Positions 9,518 to 18,769 of a DNA stretch of 19,378 bases are shown here, in pieces (the stretch's first letter is position 1; every line of letters starts with the position of its first letter). The translations under genes and the position numbers were made by a program. Below the pieces are notes generated by a model. It searched no databases and was not told the origin of the DNA. It was given only the letters and a program-made list of their open reading frames with translations. The stretch is from Chthonomonadales bacterium (GTDB lineage: Bacteria; Armatimonadota; Chthonomonadetes; Chthonomonadales; Chthonomonadaceae). The stretch is taken from the NCBI GenBank assembly GCA_038217285.1, contig JBBQPO010000096.1, forward strand, positions 1 through 19,378, in the 5' to 3' direction.

Positions 9518-10108
9518 ATGATTACCTCGCACATCATTTTGCTGAACGGAACCTCCAGTTCCGGCAAAAGCAGCCTTGCGAAAGCTTTGCAGGCTCGCCT
9601 GGAATCTCCCTATCTGCATGTCTGCATCGACAGCTTCGAAGAGATGATGCCTGCCCGAAATGGGAGGGGAGGAGAGTTTGCCTCGCATGCCGTCTTCAAC
9701 AAAATGCTTACCGGCTTTCACCACTCGCTCCGTGCGCTGGCACAGTGTGGGAACAACCTGATCGTGGATCATGTGCTGGTCCAAGGCGAAGAACCGGCGA
9801 ACTGGCTGCCGGAGTGCCTTACACTGCTGGCCGATTTCGACGTCTTCTTCGTGGGGGTTCACTGCCCCCTGGAAGAGTTGGAGCGTAGGGAGCGCGAACG
9901 GGGAGATAGGCCTACCGGACTGGCGGAATGGCAATATCCGCGCATGCACCGACAGGTCGCCTACGATTTCGAGGTGAACACCTTGGTCCATTCGACAGAC
10001 GAATGTGCCGCGCAGATCCTTACAGCTCTGTCCCAACCCTTGAAAGGCGGTCTGGCCGCTACTCTACGGCTTCAGGAGGACGATTCCCAGCCGAGCAAGA
10101 ATGGCTGA
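9518..10108 (+). CDS. Chloramphenicol phosphotransferase (CPT)-like P-loop kinase
   Basis: 196 aa. Motifs IILLNGTSSSGKSS, GNNLIVDHV, VGVHCPLEELERRERERGDR..GLA and YDFEVNT. Confidence 0.88.
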   Translation: MITSHIILLNGTSSSGKSSLAKALQARLESPYLHVCIDSFEEMMPARNGRGGEFASHAVFNKMLTGFHHSLRALAQCGNNLIVDHVLVQGEEPANWLPECLTLLADFDVFFVGVHCPLEELERRERERGDRPTGLAEWQYPRMHRQVAYDFEVNTLVHSTDECAAQILTALSQPLKGGLAATLRLQEDDSQPSKNG

Positions 10109-10244
10109 AGCGGTCCCGTCTTCGGCGCGGAAATCCTACCAAGGCAGTTCTTGGCACTACGCAAGGCTCATGGCGCGAATGGCGGCATTGAGGGTATCGG
10201 TGTAAAAGAACGTTCGGTCGAGCATGGTAACCGACCCATGTGTC

Positions 10245-10300
10245 TCTTTTGCCTGCAAAAGCCTGCAAAAGCCTGCAAAAGCCTTCTTTTGCCTGCAAAA
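10245..10300. repeat. 10-bp repeat cluster GCCTGCAAAA x4
   Basis: Exact copies at 10251, 10261, 10271 and 10291, with GCCTTCTTTT at 10281. The 16-mer TCTTTTGCCTGCAAAA occurs at 10245 and 10285. Confidence 0.9.
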
Positions 10301-10321
10301 ACTTGCCTTGTGGGATGACAA

Positions 10322-11653
10322 TCACGCCGATAGATCTGCGAGCCTGTAGCGCGTTGCACGACTTTGCCCTGTACGCACAAAATGTCCTTTCTCTACCATA
10401 TCATTCAAATCGTAGCGCGCTTGCCTCTCCGACACACTGGTCAGGCTTTTGTACTCCCCAAAACTTATGCTGCCCTTTTCCAACACGTATTCAATAGCGT
10501 TGCGTTGCCGCTCGTTGAGGTCGGTCAGGTCAAGCGCGGCGGCGACTGCAAGCGGCACAGGCTGCATACGAACGATAAAACTACCCGCCTGGTAGAGGAA
10601 CTCCGGCGGCGGCAAGTTCTGCGCGGTATAGGCTTCCACCATACGGAGCGTGCCGGTTCCCCAGCGCTCGATGAGTCGCGCGCGGTGAAATACATCGGCA
10701 ATGCGTTTATTGCGAGGGTGTGAGGCGTGTTCTTGATAGAGCGCTTCAAAACTGAGGGAGGGAGGCAGATCTCCAGGATTCCAGATTTCCAGACGGTCGT
10801 CATAGATGCGAATCTGCACGGTTCCCAACGCCGCATAATCCCGGTGGCAGACGGCGTTGATAACCGCCTCGCGCACGGCGTCAGCGGGATATTCGGAGAT
10901 AATATCTCGGGCTGGTTGACCGGTTATGTGAGGTGTCTGACGTGTATTACGCGCAATAAATGCGATGGCCTCATCAACTTGGGAGATGACATCTCCATAG
11001 AGCGTCTGTTCGTCCAGAAACCGCACCGAGGTTTTGCCCTGGAAGCGGGCGCATTGAACCTGCGAACCGCTCACCCATCGTTGTGGATCGAGCGCAAACA
11101 ACAGTGCGGCGGCATTGGTAAGCAGTTCTCCCTGCCGCAGATCGAGATTTTCCAACAACGTTTCGGTCGTCGTGGTTTTGTCTTGTCCGGCCCGGCGCAG
11201 GTAGGTCTCTACTTTGGCTCGGTCGAGATGTTCGGGTCCAAGTCGGGCGCAAAGCAACGCGTCCCAGGTTCTGCCGTGTGTCGTCTCGACGAGTCGTTGC
11301 GTCTCTTCCCGCGTCAGCCCCTGGTTGGTGCGCCCGACACGCTTATAGGGTCGCCCGAACGCCCAGACCGGTTTAATCGGGCTTTCCTCTACCCGCACCA
11401 CAATAACAGCCGAAGACTCGTCACGTTCTACGAGAATGTCAGGAAACAGCGGCGGGTCGGTATTCTGCTTGATATAGTTGGCTAACTCTTCAAGTGAGTT
11501 TTTGCCAATTTGCACACCAACGCGCCGACCCTCCGGCGTGACGCCAAAACGTACTTCGCCACCACGCGCCGTGGCGAATGCAGCCAACGCAACTGTGGCC
11601 TCGTGCTTCTCCCCTACAGACTGTTTGTATTCGATATGCTGATATTCCGCCAT
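10322..11653 (-). CDS. AlbA_2 (Schlafen-like) + HATPase_c_4 + C-terminal winged HTH protein
   Basis: 443 aa. Motifs EYQHIEYK, AAFATARGG...GV, YPADAVREAVINAVCHRDY, DDRLEIWNPG, PRN..IA and IERWGTG; C-terminal LNERQ...ARYDL...G.SRATRY. Confidence 0.9.
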   Translation of the reverse strand: MAEYQHIEYKQSVGEKHEATVALAAFATARGGEVRFGVTPEGRRVGVQIGKNSLEELANYIKQNTDPPLFPDILVERDESSAVIVVRVEESPIKPVWAFGRPYKRVGRTNQGLTREETQRLVETTHGRTWDALLCARLGPEHLDRAKVETYLRRAGQDKTTTTETLLENLDLRQGELLTNAAALLFALDPQRWVSGSQVQCARFQGKTSVRFLDEQTLYGDVISQVDEAIAFIARNTRQTPHITGQPARDIISEYPADAVREAVINAVCHRDYAALGTVQIRIYDDRLEIWNPGDLPPSLSFEALYQEHASHPRNKRIADVFHRARLIERWGTGTLRMVEAYTAQNLPPPEFLYQAGSFIVRMQPVPLAVAAALDLTDLNERQRNAIEYVLEKGSISFGEYKSLTSVSERQARYDLNDMVEKGHFVRTGQSRATRYRLADLSA

Positions 11654-11748
11654 AGCCTGCTGTCCTCACCTGTTGGATTGGTGACCAGGTCGAGAAGCCC
11701 AACGTCAAGAGAAACTGTCGGACTTATTCTGTGGAGCATTCCTAATCA

Positions 11749-11757
11749 ATTATAGCA
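11749..11757 (-). promoter_or_regulatory. Extended -10 element upstream of the AlbA_2 gene
   Basis: Minus strand reads TGCTATAAT, a perfect TGnTATAAT, 95 nt upstream of the ATG. Confidence 0.55.
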
Positions 11758-11979
11758 CGGGTTAATACTGGTCATTCGGAAAGTCACGTCTTTTGTGCCC
11801 GCGTAGGCGGGCCTTCGGCGCATAGCGCCCCCAGCGAAGGAATTCATTCCATCGCTTGCTTTCGCGATATTTGCAAGTCGGCAGGGATTGAGGGGGCGGA
11901 AGACGAATAGTTTCCGTGCCTACTCGCGCCGCAATGCATGACAGGACGGCGGGGTGGAAAATTTTCAAAGGAGACTTCC

Positions 11980-13044
11980 TTGGCACATAATGTGACCCTC
12001 ATACGGGGCGATGGGACGGGACCGGAACTGGTCGCCGCCGCCAAAAAGGTACTGGACGCGACCGGCGTGGCCTTCAACTGGGACATCGTCGAGGCCGGTG
12101 TGGACATCATGGAGACGGCAGGGACGCCATTGCCGCAGAACGTTCTGGACAGCATCCGCAAGAACAAGGTCGCACTGAAAGGCCCGATCACCACGCCCAT
12201 CGGCACCGGCTTCCGCTCGGTAAACGTCGCGCTCCGCAAGGAACTCGATCTCTACGCCTGCATCCGGCCCTGCAAATACTATGCCGGTATTCGCTCCAAG
12301 TATCAGGATGTCGATCTCGTCATCGTGCGCGAGAACACCGAAGACCTCTATGCCGGCGTCGAATACGATGTCCATACCCCGGAAGCGAAAAAGATCATCG
12401 ATATGGCGGGCGGCAAGATTCGTGAGGATTCCGCGATCTCCATCAAGCCGATCTCGATCACCGGTTCGCGCCGCATCATCAAGGCGGCCTTCGAGTATGC
12501 GCGTGCCAACGGCCGCAAGAAGATCAGCGCGGTGGCGAAGGCCAACATCATGAAGTACACCGACGGCCTCTTCTTCAAGGTCGGGCAGGAGGTGGCGAAA
12601 GATTATCCGGAGATCGAGTATCAGGAGATGCTTGTGGACAACATGTGCATGCAGTTGGTCCAGAAGCCGGAACTCTATGACATGATGGTCATGGAGAACC
12701 TCTACGGCGACATCCTCTCCGACCTTTGCGCTGGACTGGTCGGCGGCCTGGGCGTCGCGCCCGGCGCGAACATCGGCGATGGCATCGCGCTGTTCGAGCC
12801 GACCCACGGCTCCGCGCCGAAATACAAGGGCATGAACAAGGTCAACCCGGTCGCGCTAATTCTCTCCGGGATGCTGATGCTGCGCTACCTGAATGAGACG
12901 GATGCGGCCGACCGACTGGAGAAGGCCATTCAGGCTGTCATTCTCGAAGGCAAGGATGTCACCTACGACATGAAGCCTGACCGCAACGACCCGACCGCCG
13001 TCGGCACCTCTGAAATGGCCGACGCCATCATCGCCAAATTGTAG
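11980..13044 (+). CDS. icd: Isocitrate dehydrogenase (probably NADP-dependent)
   Basis: TTG start with AAGGAG RBS. Motifs [54 protein letters not shown] and VTYD. Adjacent to mdh. Confidence 0.9.
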   Translation: MAHNVTLIRGDGTGPELVAAAKKVLDATGVAFNWDIVEAGVDIMETAGTPLPQNVLDSIRKNKVALKGPITTPIGTGFRSVNVALRKELDLYACIRPCKYYAGIRSKYQDVDLVIVRENTEDLYAGVEYDVHTPEAKKIIDMAGGKIREDSAISIKPISITGSRRIIKAAFEYARANGRKKISAVAKANIMKYTDGLFFKVGQEVAKDYPEIEYQEMLVDNMCMQLVQKPELYDMMVMENLYGDILSDLCAGLVGGLGVAPGANIGDGIALFEPTHGSAPKYKGMNKVNPVALILSGMLMLRYLNETDAADRLEKAIQAVILEGKDVTYDMKPDRNDPTAVGTSEMADAIIAKL

Positions 13045-13134
13045 GTGTGCTCTGTTCCGTCCCCTTGCCCTGCGTGTCAGGACGTGGGGACGGACTTTGT
13101 ACGCAGATCCTGCGGAGCGAACAGAAAGAGAACT

Positions 13135-14091
13135 ATGCGAAAGAAAATTACCATTGTCGGCGCGGGCCAGACCGGGGCGACGCTGGCGCACTGGCTGGCG
13201 GAGCGCGGCGATGTCGATATCGTGCTCTACGACATTGTGGAGGGGATGCCGCAGGGCAAAGCCCTCGACCTGCTGGAAGCCATGCCGATCATCGGCTCCG
13301 ATGCCAAGATCGTCGGCACCAACAGTTGGGGCGACACGGCCGCCAGCGACATCGTGGTCATCACCAGCGGCCTGCCGCGCAAGCCCGGCATGAGCCGCGA
13401 CGACCTGCTGAAAGTGAACGGCGGCATCGTACGGGACGTGACCCGCGCGGTCGTGAAGGAGTCTCCGAACTGCATTCTGATCCTGCTGACCAATCCCCTC
13501 GACGCGATGTGCCACATCGCGCTGCAGGAGAGCGGCTTCCCGGCGCATCGGGTCTTCGGACAGGCAGGGATCCTCGACACGGCTCGCTTCCGCGCCTTCC
13601 TCGCGATGGAGACGGGCGCGAGCGTGGCGGATGTCAACGCCTATGTTCTGGGCGGGCATGGCGACGATATGGTGCCGCTCGTCGGCAGCACCAACATCGC
13701 CGGCATCCCGATCACGAGCCTTATCGAGCCTGCGCGCCTGGAGGAGATCGTCACGCGCGCCCGCAAGGGCGGCGGCGAGATCGTCGCACTCCTGAAGACC
13801 GGCAGCGCCTTCTACGCCCCCTCCGCCGCGCTGGCGCAGATGATCGACTCGGTGCTGAACGACCGCAAGCGCGTCCTGCCCTGCGCCGTCTATACCGGTG
13901 ACAACGCCGGCGGCTACAACATCAACAATCTCTATCTCGGTCTGCCCGCCCGCCTGGGCGCAAAAGGCGTCGAGGAGATCGTGAGCATCGCCCTGACCGC
14001 CGAGGAGCAGATTGCGCTCGAAAAATCGGCCGCTTCCGTGCAGGAGCTCGTCACCGCGCTCAAAGGCTTCGACCCGCCGATGCTCTCCTAA
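13135..14091 (+). CDS. mdh: Malate dehydrogenase (LDH-like type)
   Basis: Motifs KITIVGAGQTG, GKALDL, PRKPGMSRDDL (malate-specifying Arg), TNPLD, LDTARF, GGHGD and GGGEIVALLKTGSAFYAP. Confidence 0.95.
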   Translation: MRKKITIVGAGQTGATLAHWLAERGDVDIVLYDIVEGMPQGKALDLLEAMPIIGSDAKIVGTNSWGDTAASDIVVITSGLPRKPGMSRDDLLKVNGGIVRDVTRAVVKESPNCILILLTNPLDAMCHIALQESGFPAHRVFGQAGILDTARFRAFLAMETGASVADVNAYVLGGHGDDMVPLVGSTNIAGIPITSLIEPARLEEIVTRARKGGGEIVALLKTGSAFYAPSAALAQMIDSVLNDRKRVLPCAVYTGDNAGGYNINNLYLGLPARLGAKGVEEIVSIALTAEEQIALEKSAASVQELVTALKGFDPPMLS

Positions 14092-14107
14092 TGCCTCGAA
14101 AGCTGCC

Positions 14108-14150
14108 TCAGGCCGCCCGCCACGGGCGGCCTGATCCGGTTTTATCTTCT
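14108..14150 (+). terminator. Intrinsic terminator after icd-mdh
   Basis: TCAGGCCGCCCG-CCA-CGGGCGGCCTGA is a perfect 12-bp stem, followed shortly by TTTTATCTT. Confidence 0.7.
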
Positions 14151-14167
14151 GTTCGGCAGGAGTGACG

Positions 14168-15454
14168 ATGGCGACCACGGATAAGGAGGACCTGCCTCCG
14201 CCTCCGCCGAAGTGGGTGCAGACTAAGACCGCCGTCGTGGTCAAGGAGTTTCCGGACGACTACGCCATACAACTTGGCGGAGCGCTTCTTGCGTCGTCGT
14301 CCGGACCGAGCGGCAGAGGAACCTCACAGCAGAAAGAGTATGCCGAGTTCCAGGGCTGGTATGGAGAGCGGCTGAACGCCGTCACCGCGCGCTTTCCGGA
14401 TCGCCCCGGCCCTTATGCGCACATCCTGCGCTACATGACCATGAGCGCTGTGTGTGTGCGGCGAGACGTCGAAGTAGAGACGTTCCAGCGAAGTATGGGG
14501 GCCACCTCTTTCCCGGACCGTCAGGTGGGAAATGTGGATTCGTGGGCCGCGTTCGATCAGGCGGCCGCACAGGGCGAAAAGCTCGACCCGAACAACGCCT
14601 ACTTTCCCTTGATGCGTGCCGTCGGTCTGTTCGACGCGAAACGGGACGCCGAAGCGGTTGCGACGGTCCTGCGGGCGGAACGGAAAACAGACTTCGAAGA
14701 CTATTGTCAGGAGGAATCGAAAGTCGTCTGGGACCTCTATCTTGCGTATCTGCACAAGATCGGAAAGGAGGAGGAAGCCCGCTGGTTCGGCCGTCTGGAC
14801 GCCACGAACCGGCAGGTGCGCGCTCTCCTCCTTACGCGCGATCCGTACACCCTGATCGCCGAATCGAGGCGCTCCCTGCCGTCGCTTTGGACGCTGGATA
14901 TGCTGTTGCTGGTGAACCTTTCGGCGATGCTGCTGCTTTGCATGGCTGCGTCCGTCTGTATGCGATTTTCGGGTGGCGAGAAGGCGCTGCCTATCGTCGT
15001 AGTGGTTCTGGCTCTGGTCGGCCTGCTCGTCGTTCTCTTCATGAAGTGGGCCGAAGCGCTGACGCAGATGCGTCTGCTTCTCGGTAATCTGACCCAAACC
15101 TCTTTCTCCGACAGCGGGTCGATGTCGGACGCCTTCAATGTCTCCGGCGTGGTGCGGCAGTATCCCTGGGTCGTACACATCGGGGAGGTTCTGCTTTCCC
15201 TCCTGATGCCGACGCTGACGCTGCTGGGGATCGGGGTGGGGAGCCTGGTGCGCCGCGAAAAGTTTGCGGGCGCGCTGTCGCGGGGTTTGCGGCATGGTGG
15301 GCGGATCCTTACCATTTTGCTGACAGTCGCCTATGCCGTGGCATTGATCGCGACGGCGAGGGCGGAAGCCCGTGCGGGCGCGGTGCTCGACGGCGTGACG
15401 CACAACGCCGTGACTTACCTTCAGCAGCATGCAGAGCCCAGCCGCACGCCTTAG
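14168..15454 (+). CDS. Hypothetical membrane protein, shortened paralog of 15577..17346 (possibly a pseudogene)
   Basis: 428 aa, ATG with AGGAG RBS, four C-terminal hydrophobic segments. Shares long blocks with the next gene (SWAAFDQAA.QGEKLDPNNAYFP.MRA.GLFDAKRDAE) but lacks its N-terminal anchor and a 112-codon internal segment. Confidence 0.75.
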   Translation: MATTDKEDLPPPPPKWVQTKTAVVVKEFPDDYAIQLGGALLASSSGPSGRGTSQQKEYAEFQGWYGERLNAVTARFPDRPGPYAHILRYMTMSAVCVRRDVEVETFQRSMGATSFPDRQVGNVDSWAAFDQAAAQGEKLDPNNAYFPLMRAVGLFDAKRDAEAVATVLRAERKTDFEDYCQEESKVVWDLYLAYLHKIGKEEEARWFGRLDATNRQVRALLLTRDPYTLIAESRRSLPSLWTLDMLLLVNLSAMLLLCMAASVCMRFSGGEKALPIVVVVLALVGLLVVLFMKWAEALTQMRLLLGNLTQTSFSDSGSMSDAFNVSGVVRQYPWVVHIGEVLLSLLMPTLTLLGIGVGSLVRREKFAGALSRGLRHGGRILTILLTVAYAVALIATARAEARAGAVLDGVTHNAVTYLQQHAEPSRTP

Positions 15455-15576
15455 CGGACGACCACGGAAAAAGTGTCGGCAGGTTCCTGGTAAGAACGCC
15501 GGGAACCGTTCGTCTCTATCACTCCGTGTTCGCCCGATTAAGCGGGGACACAGTCCGCATTCTAGGGAGGTTAGGG

Positions 15577-17346
15577 ATGGAAACTCAGGACAGGGAAAAG
15601 TCACCGGTACGCCGCGCCAGCCTCATCGTGCTGCCGTATTTGATTCTGGCGGGCCTCCTCGCCGCGCCGCCGACCCGGACGCTGTTGCAGGCGCAACTGC
15701 GTCTGCTTCACGACGCAGCGCCCTTCCTGGCGCGCCTGCACGAGATGGGGGTGAAGAGCGAAGCGCTGCCGCCCGTGCCAGCCTGGAAAGAGAGTCGCAC
15801 GGCGGCTGCCGTCATTCGCCTTCCGGACGACTACGCGGTCCAGCTTGGCGGCGCGCTGCTGGCGGAAACCTATACAAAGGACGGTCCGGCGGCCTCATCA
15901 CAGGACATCTATGCCATTTTTCAACGCCGTTACGGAGAGCGGTTGACGGCCGTCAGCACACGGTTCCCAGATCGGCCCGGCCCCTATGCACACTTGCTGC
16001 GTTTCATGACCATGAGCACGGTGCGCGTGTCCCGAGAGGCAGAGGTGGAGACGTTTCAGACCGGTAAGACTCCCCCCTATCTGCGGGACCATCAGGTAGG
16101 ATATGCGGCCTCCTGGGCGGCGTTCGATCAGGCGGCCACACAGGGTGAAAAACTAGACCCGAACAACGCCTACTTTCCGATGATGCGTGCTATCGGACTG
16201 TTCGACGCGAAACGGGATGCCGAGGGGATCGCTGCGGTGCTGCGCGCCGGGCAGAAGGCGCGCTTCGACGACTATAGCCTGGAGGAGCCGGAGGCAGAGT
16301 GGGCGCTCTATCTCCACTCCTACGGTTCCAGTTCCGTCATGGTGCGCCAGAGCCTCTTCGCGGCATATCTGCTGCCTCACTTCACTGCCTTGCGTTCGAT
16401 GGCCCGACTGACGGTCTACAAGGCGGAAAAGGCGGAGCAGGAAGGTCGCCTACAGGAGGGTCTCGCCCTGCGCCATGCCATGATGCAGTGCGGCGTCCGT
16501 ATGCGTGAACAGGGCACGGTCCTCGGCGCGCTTGTCGGGATCGCGATCGTCTCTATTCAGACGAATCGGCCCGGCGGCGGTCCGCTCATCAAGCCCCCCG
16601 ACAATCTCACAAGCGAACAGAGTGCCGACCGTCGCCGCGACCTCTATCTGGCCTACCTGCACAAGATCGGAGCCGAGGACGAAGCGCGCTGGTTCGCGCA
16701 GGTGGACGCTGCCGACCGCCAGGTGCGCACTCTGCTCGCGACGGCGGGCAGTGCGCATCCGATCATCGACTCGGCGCACCCACTGTCGGCGTTCTGGACG
16801 CTCGATATGCTGCTGCTGGCCAATATGCTGGCAATGCTGCTGCTCTGTTCGGCGGCGGTCGTCTGTGCGCGCTGCCCTGGCGGCGAGAAGGCGTTGCCGG
16901 CGGTGATGGTCGTGCTGGTGGTGCTCTTCTCGCTTGTCGCGCTGCCGATGCATTGGGCTGAAGGGCTGACGCAGATGCGCGTGGTGCTCGACAATCTGTC
17001 CCTGCTTTCCGACGACACGGGACAGAAGACGGAGGGCTTCGATATTTCCGGCCTGATAACGCGGTTTCCGGGCGTCGTCCATATCGGCGAGGTGCTGCTC
17101 TCGCTGCTGATTCCCGCGCTGACGCTGCCGACCCTCGGGGTCGTGAGCCTGGTACGCCGGGAGACGTTTACGGCTGCGCTGTCGCGGGGGCTGCGGCGCG
17201 GCGGTCTGATCTTCGCGACTCTGCTGACGGTCGCTTATGCCGGCGCGTTGATCGCCACGGCTCGGGCGGAAGCCCGCGCGGGCGCCGTGCTCGACGGCAT
17301 GACGCACGACGCGGTTGCCTATTTGCGCCAGCAAAGTTCCCCATAG
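15577..17346 (+). CDS. Hypothetical membrane protein (N-terminal hydrophobic anchor, helical domain, four C-terminal transmembrane segments)
   Basis: 589 aa from ATG 15577 with GGAGG RBS; clear paralogy with the upstream gene. Confidence 0.8.
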   Translation: METQDREKSPVRRASLIVLPYLILAGLLAAPPTRTLLQAQLRLLHDAAPFLARLHEMGVKSEALPPVPAWKESRTAAAVIRLPDDYAVQLGGALLAETYTKDGPAASSQDIYAIFQRRYGERLTAVSTRFPDRPGPYAHLLRFMTMSTVRVSREAEVETFQTGKTPPYLRDHQVGYAASWAAFDQAATQGEKLDPNNAYFPMMRAIGLFDAKRDAEGIAAVLRAGQKARFDDYSLEEPEAEWALYLHSYGSSSVMVRQSLFAAYLLPHFTALRSMARLTVYKAEKAEQEGRLQEGLALRHAMMQCGVRMREQGTVLGALVGIAIVSIQTNRPGGGPLIKPPDNLTSEQSADRRRDLYLAYLHKIGAEDEARWFAQVDAADRQVRTLLATAGSAHPIIDSAHPLSAFWTLDMLLLANMLAMLLLCSAAVVCARCPGGEKALPAVMVVLVVLFSLVALPMHWAEGLTQMRVVLDNLSLLSDDTGQKTEGFDISGLITRFPGVVHIGEVLLSLLIPALTLPTLGVVSLVRRETFTAALSRGLRRGGLIFATLLTVAYAGALIATARAEARAGAVLDGMTHDAVAYLRQQSSP

Positions 17347-17391
17347 GGCTGCCTTCGTCGCCGTCACCCTTTTGTCCACCGGCGAGCCAGC

Positions 17392-17537
17392 GTAAACTCT
17401 GCACCTCGAAGACCTCGCCATTCGGTTTACGGATCCGAGTCGAATATTTTCGAGCGTTCTTCCCAGGGTACGGTTTTCGCATGCTGGTCGGTAAAGAGGA
17501 TGTTTACATGCCCATTGGCGCCATTGTCTCCCCGTGA
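17392..17537. repeat. Direct repeat copy 1 (146 bp)
   Basis: Matches 19111..19257 with 7 transitions and one 1-nt indel by manual alignment. Confidence 0.92.
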
Positions 17538-17636
17538 GGAAAACACGGGGAACAAGAGGGCGACCAGAATCCCGATTGTCGCAATGACAATCAGAAGCTC
17601 TATCAGGGTGAAAGCAACGCTGTTTCTTCGGTTCAT
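17427..17636 (-). CDS. Miniature prepilin-type N-terminal cleavage/methylation protein fused directly to an H-X9-DG-like C-terminal motif
   Basis: 69 aa: MNRRNSVAFTLIELLIVIATIGILVALLFPVFSSRGDNGANGHVNILFTDQHAKTVPWEERSKIFDSDP. Confidence 0.7.
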   Translation of the reverse strand: MNRRNSVAFTLIELLIVIATIGILVALLFPVFSSRGDNGANGHVNILFTDQHAKTVPWEERSKIFDSDP

Positions 17637-17979
17637 GACTTCTTCTTTTTCCGGACGAATTCGCCGCGCTGGAGACAAGTTTTCGCTGCCGCCCTTACTA
17701 TTTCATTGGGACTGTTACGGTGCTTTGTCATCTCTTCTCTCCCGTTTGCGGAATTTGTGTGATTGGGAGTAATTTTTTTCACGGTCACCTTTTTCGGGCA
17801 GAGAGAACTTCAGCGACAGAATAGCGTAGAGGGAAAGACTGGATTTCACTTCCTCTAAACGCCTGGAGCATTGGATGTTCTGGGATAATCTTGCGTAAAA
17901 TAGTGAGGCTGCCTGCCTTAAAAGACGCCCGGCAGCCGAAGCTGCCACCTGGCACGGCGTAGAGCCGCGGAGTTTCCTC

Positions 17980-18756
17980 ATGAATCAAGCAGAGAGTGCA
18001 GCCTTCTGGCGCGTGGCGGCAGCTTCGGTGCGTGGCGTCAGTCATGCGGTGTTAGAACAGGTGTGTCAGGACGCCCATGCGGTGGCGCTCCTGCCGAACG
18101 GGGCGCTGGTGGCGGCGGTGGCGGACGGTGCGGGTTCGGCGGCGATGAGCGAGGTAGGCTCGGCGCTGGCGGTCGAAATGGCGGTGGCTGCCATTGCGGC
18201 CGTGCCGACCCTGCCGGCTGCGGCAGATGCCGAGGGCTGGCAAACCCTGCTGACGGACGCGGTGAGATTGGCTCTGCTCCGCCTGGAGGCGGAGGCGGAA
18301 CAGCGCGAGGTCGAACGGAACGCTCTGGCGACCACGCTGCTGCTGGCGGTAGCGACGCCGGAGTTGACGGCGGTTCTGCAGATCGGCGATGGGGCGATCG
18401 TGGTCGGCGATGCGGACGGTGTGGTGCGCGCCCTGACGGTCCCGCTGCACGGCGAGTACGCCAACACCACCGTCTTCCTGACCGGCCCCGATGCGCTGGC
18501 GACCATGCAGTTCAGCCTGCACTCTGCCGTCACCCATCTGGCGCTCTTTTCGGATGGCCTGCAGCGGATCGCGCTCGACATGGCGACCGGAGCGCCCTTC
18601 GCGCCGTTTTTTCTGCCTCTGTTTCGATTCGTCGCGAACGAGCCCGAGACGACAGCGGCGCAGGCGCAGTTGACCGCGTTTTTGGGTTCCTCCCGCGTTC
18701 AGGAGCGTTCCGACGACGATATCACCCTTGTGCTCGCAGCGCGTCTGCCCGGATAA
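17980..18756 (+). CDS. PP2C-family Ser/Thr phosphatase (PP2C_2; YegK/PphC-like)
   Basis: 258 aa. Motifs ASVRGVSH, CQDA, AVADGAGSA, ATTLL, QIGDG, GEYANTTVFL, LFSDGL and SDDDITL. Confidence 0.92.
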   Translation: MNQAESAAFWRVAAASVRGVSHAVLEQVCQDAHAVALLPNGALVAAVADGAGSAAMSEVGSALAVEMAVAAIAAVPTLPAAADAEGWQTLLTDAVRLALLRLEAEAEQREVERNALATTLLLAVATPELTAVLQIGDGAIVVGDADGVVRALTVPLHGEYANTTVFLTGPDALATMQFSLHSAVTHLALFSDGLQRIALDMATGAPFAPFFLPLFRFVANEPETTAAQAQLTAFLGSSRVQERSDDDITLVLAARLPG

Positions 18757-18769
18757 GGAGCCACTTCCC

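Noticed and set aside
10245..10300. CRISPR array
   Set aside because: Units are 10 bp and contiguous, with no unique spacers and no cas genes.
13057..13093. Hairpin CCGTCCCC...GGGGACGG between icd and mdh
   Set aside because: It has no U-tract and no second copy in the window; at most an ordinary mRNA-stabilising stem.
17715..17981. 88-aa minus-strand ORF in the lower-GC gap
   Set aside because: It shows no recognisable similarity and overlaps the likely divergent promoter region, so it cannot be supported.
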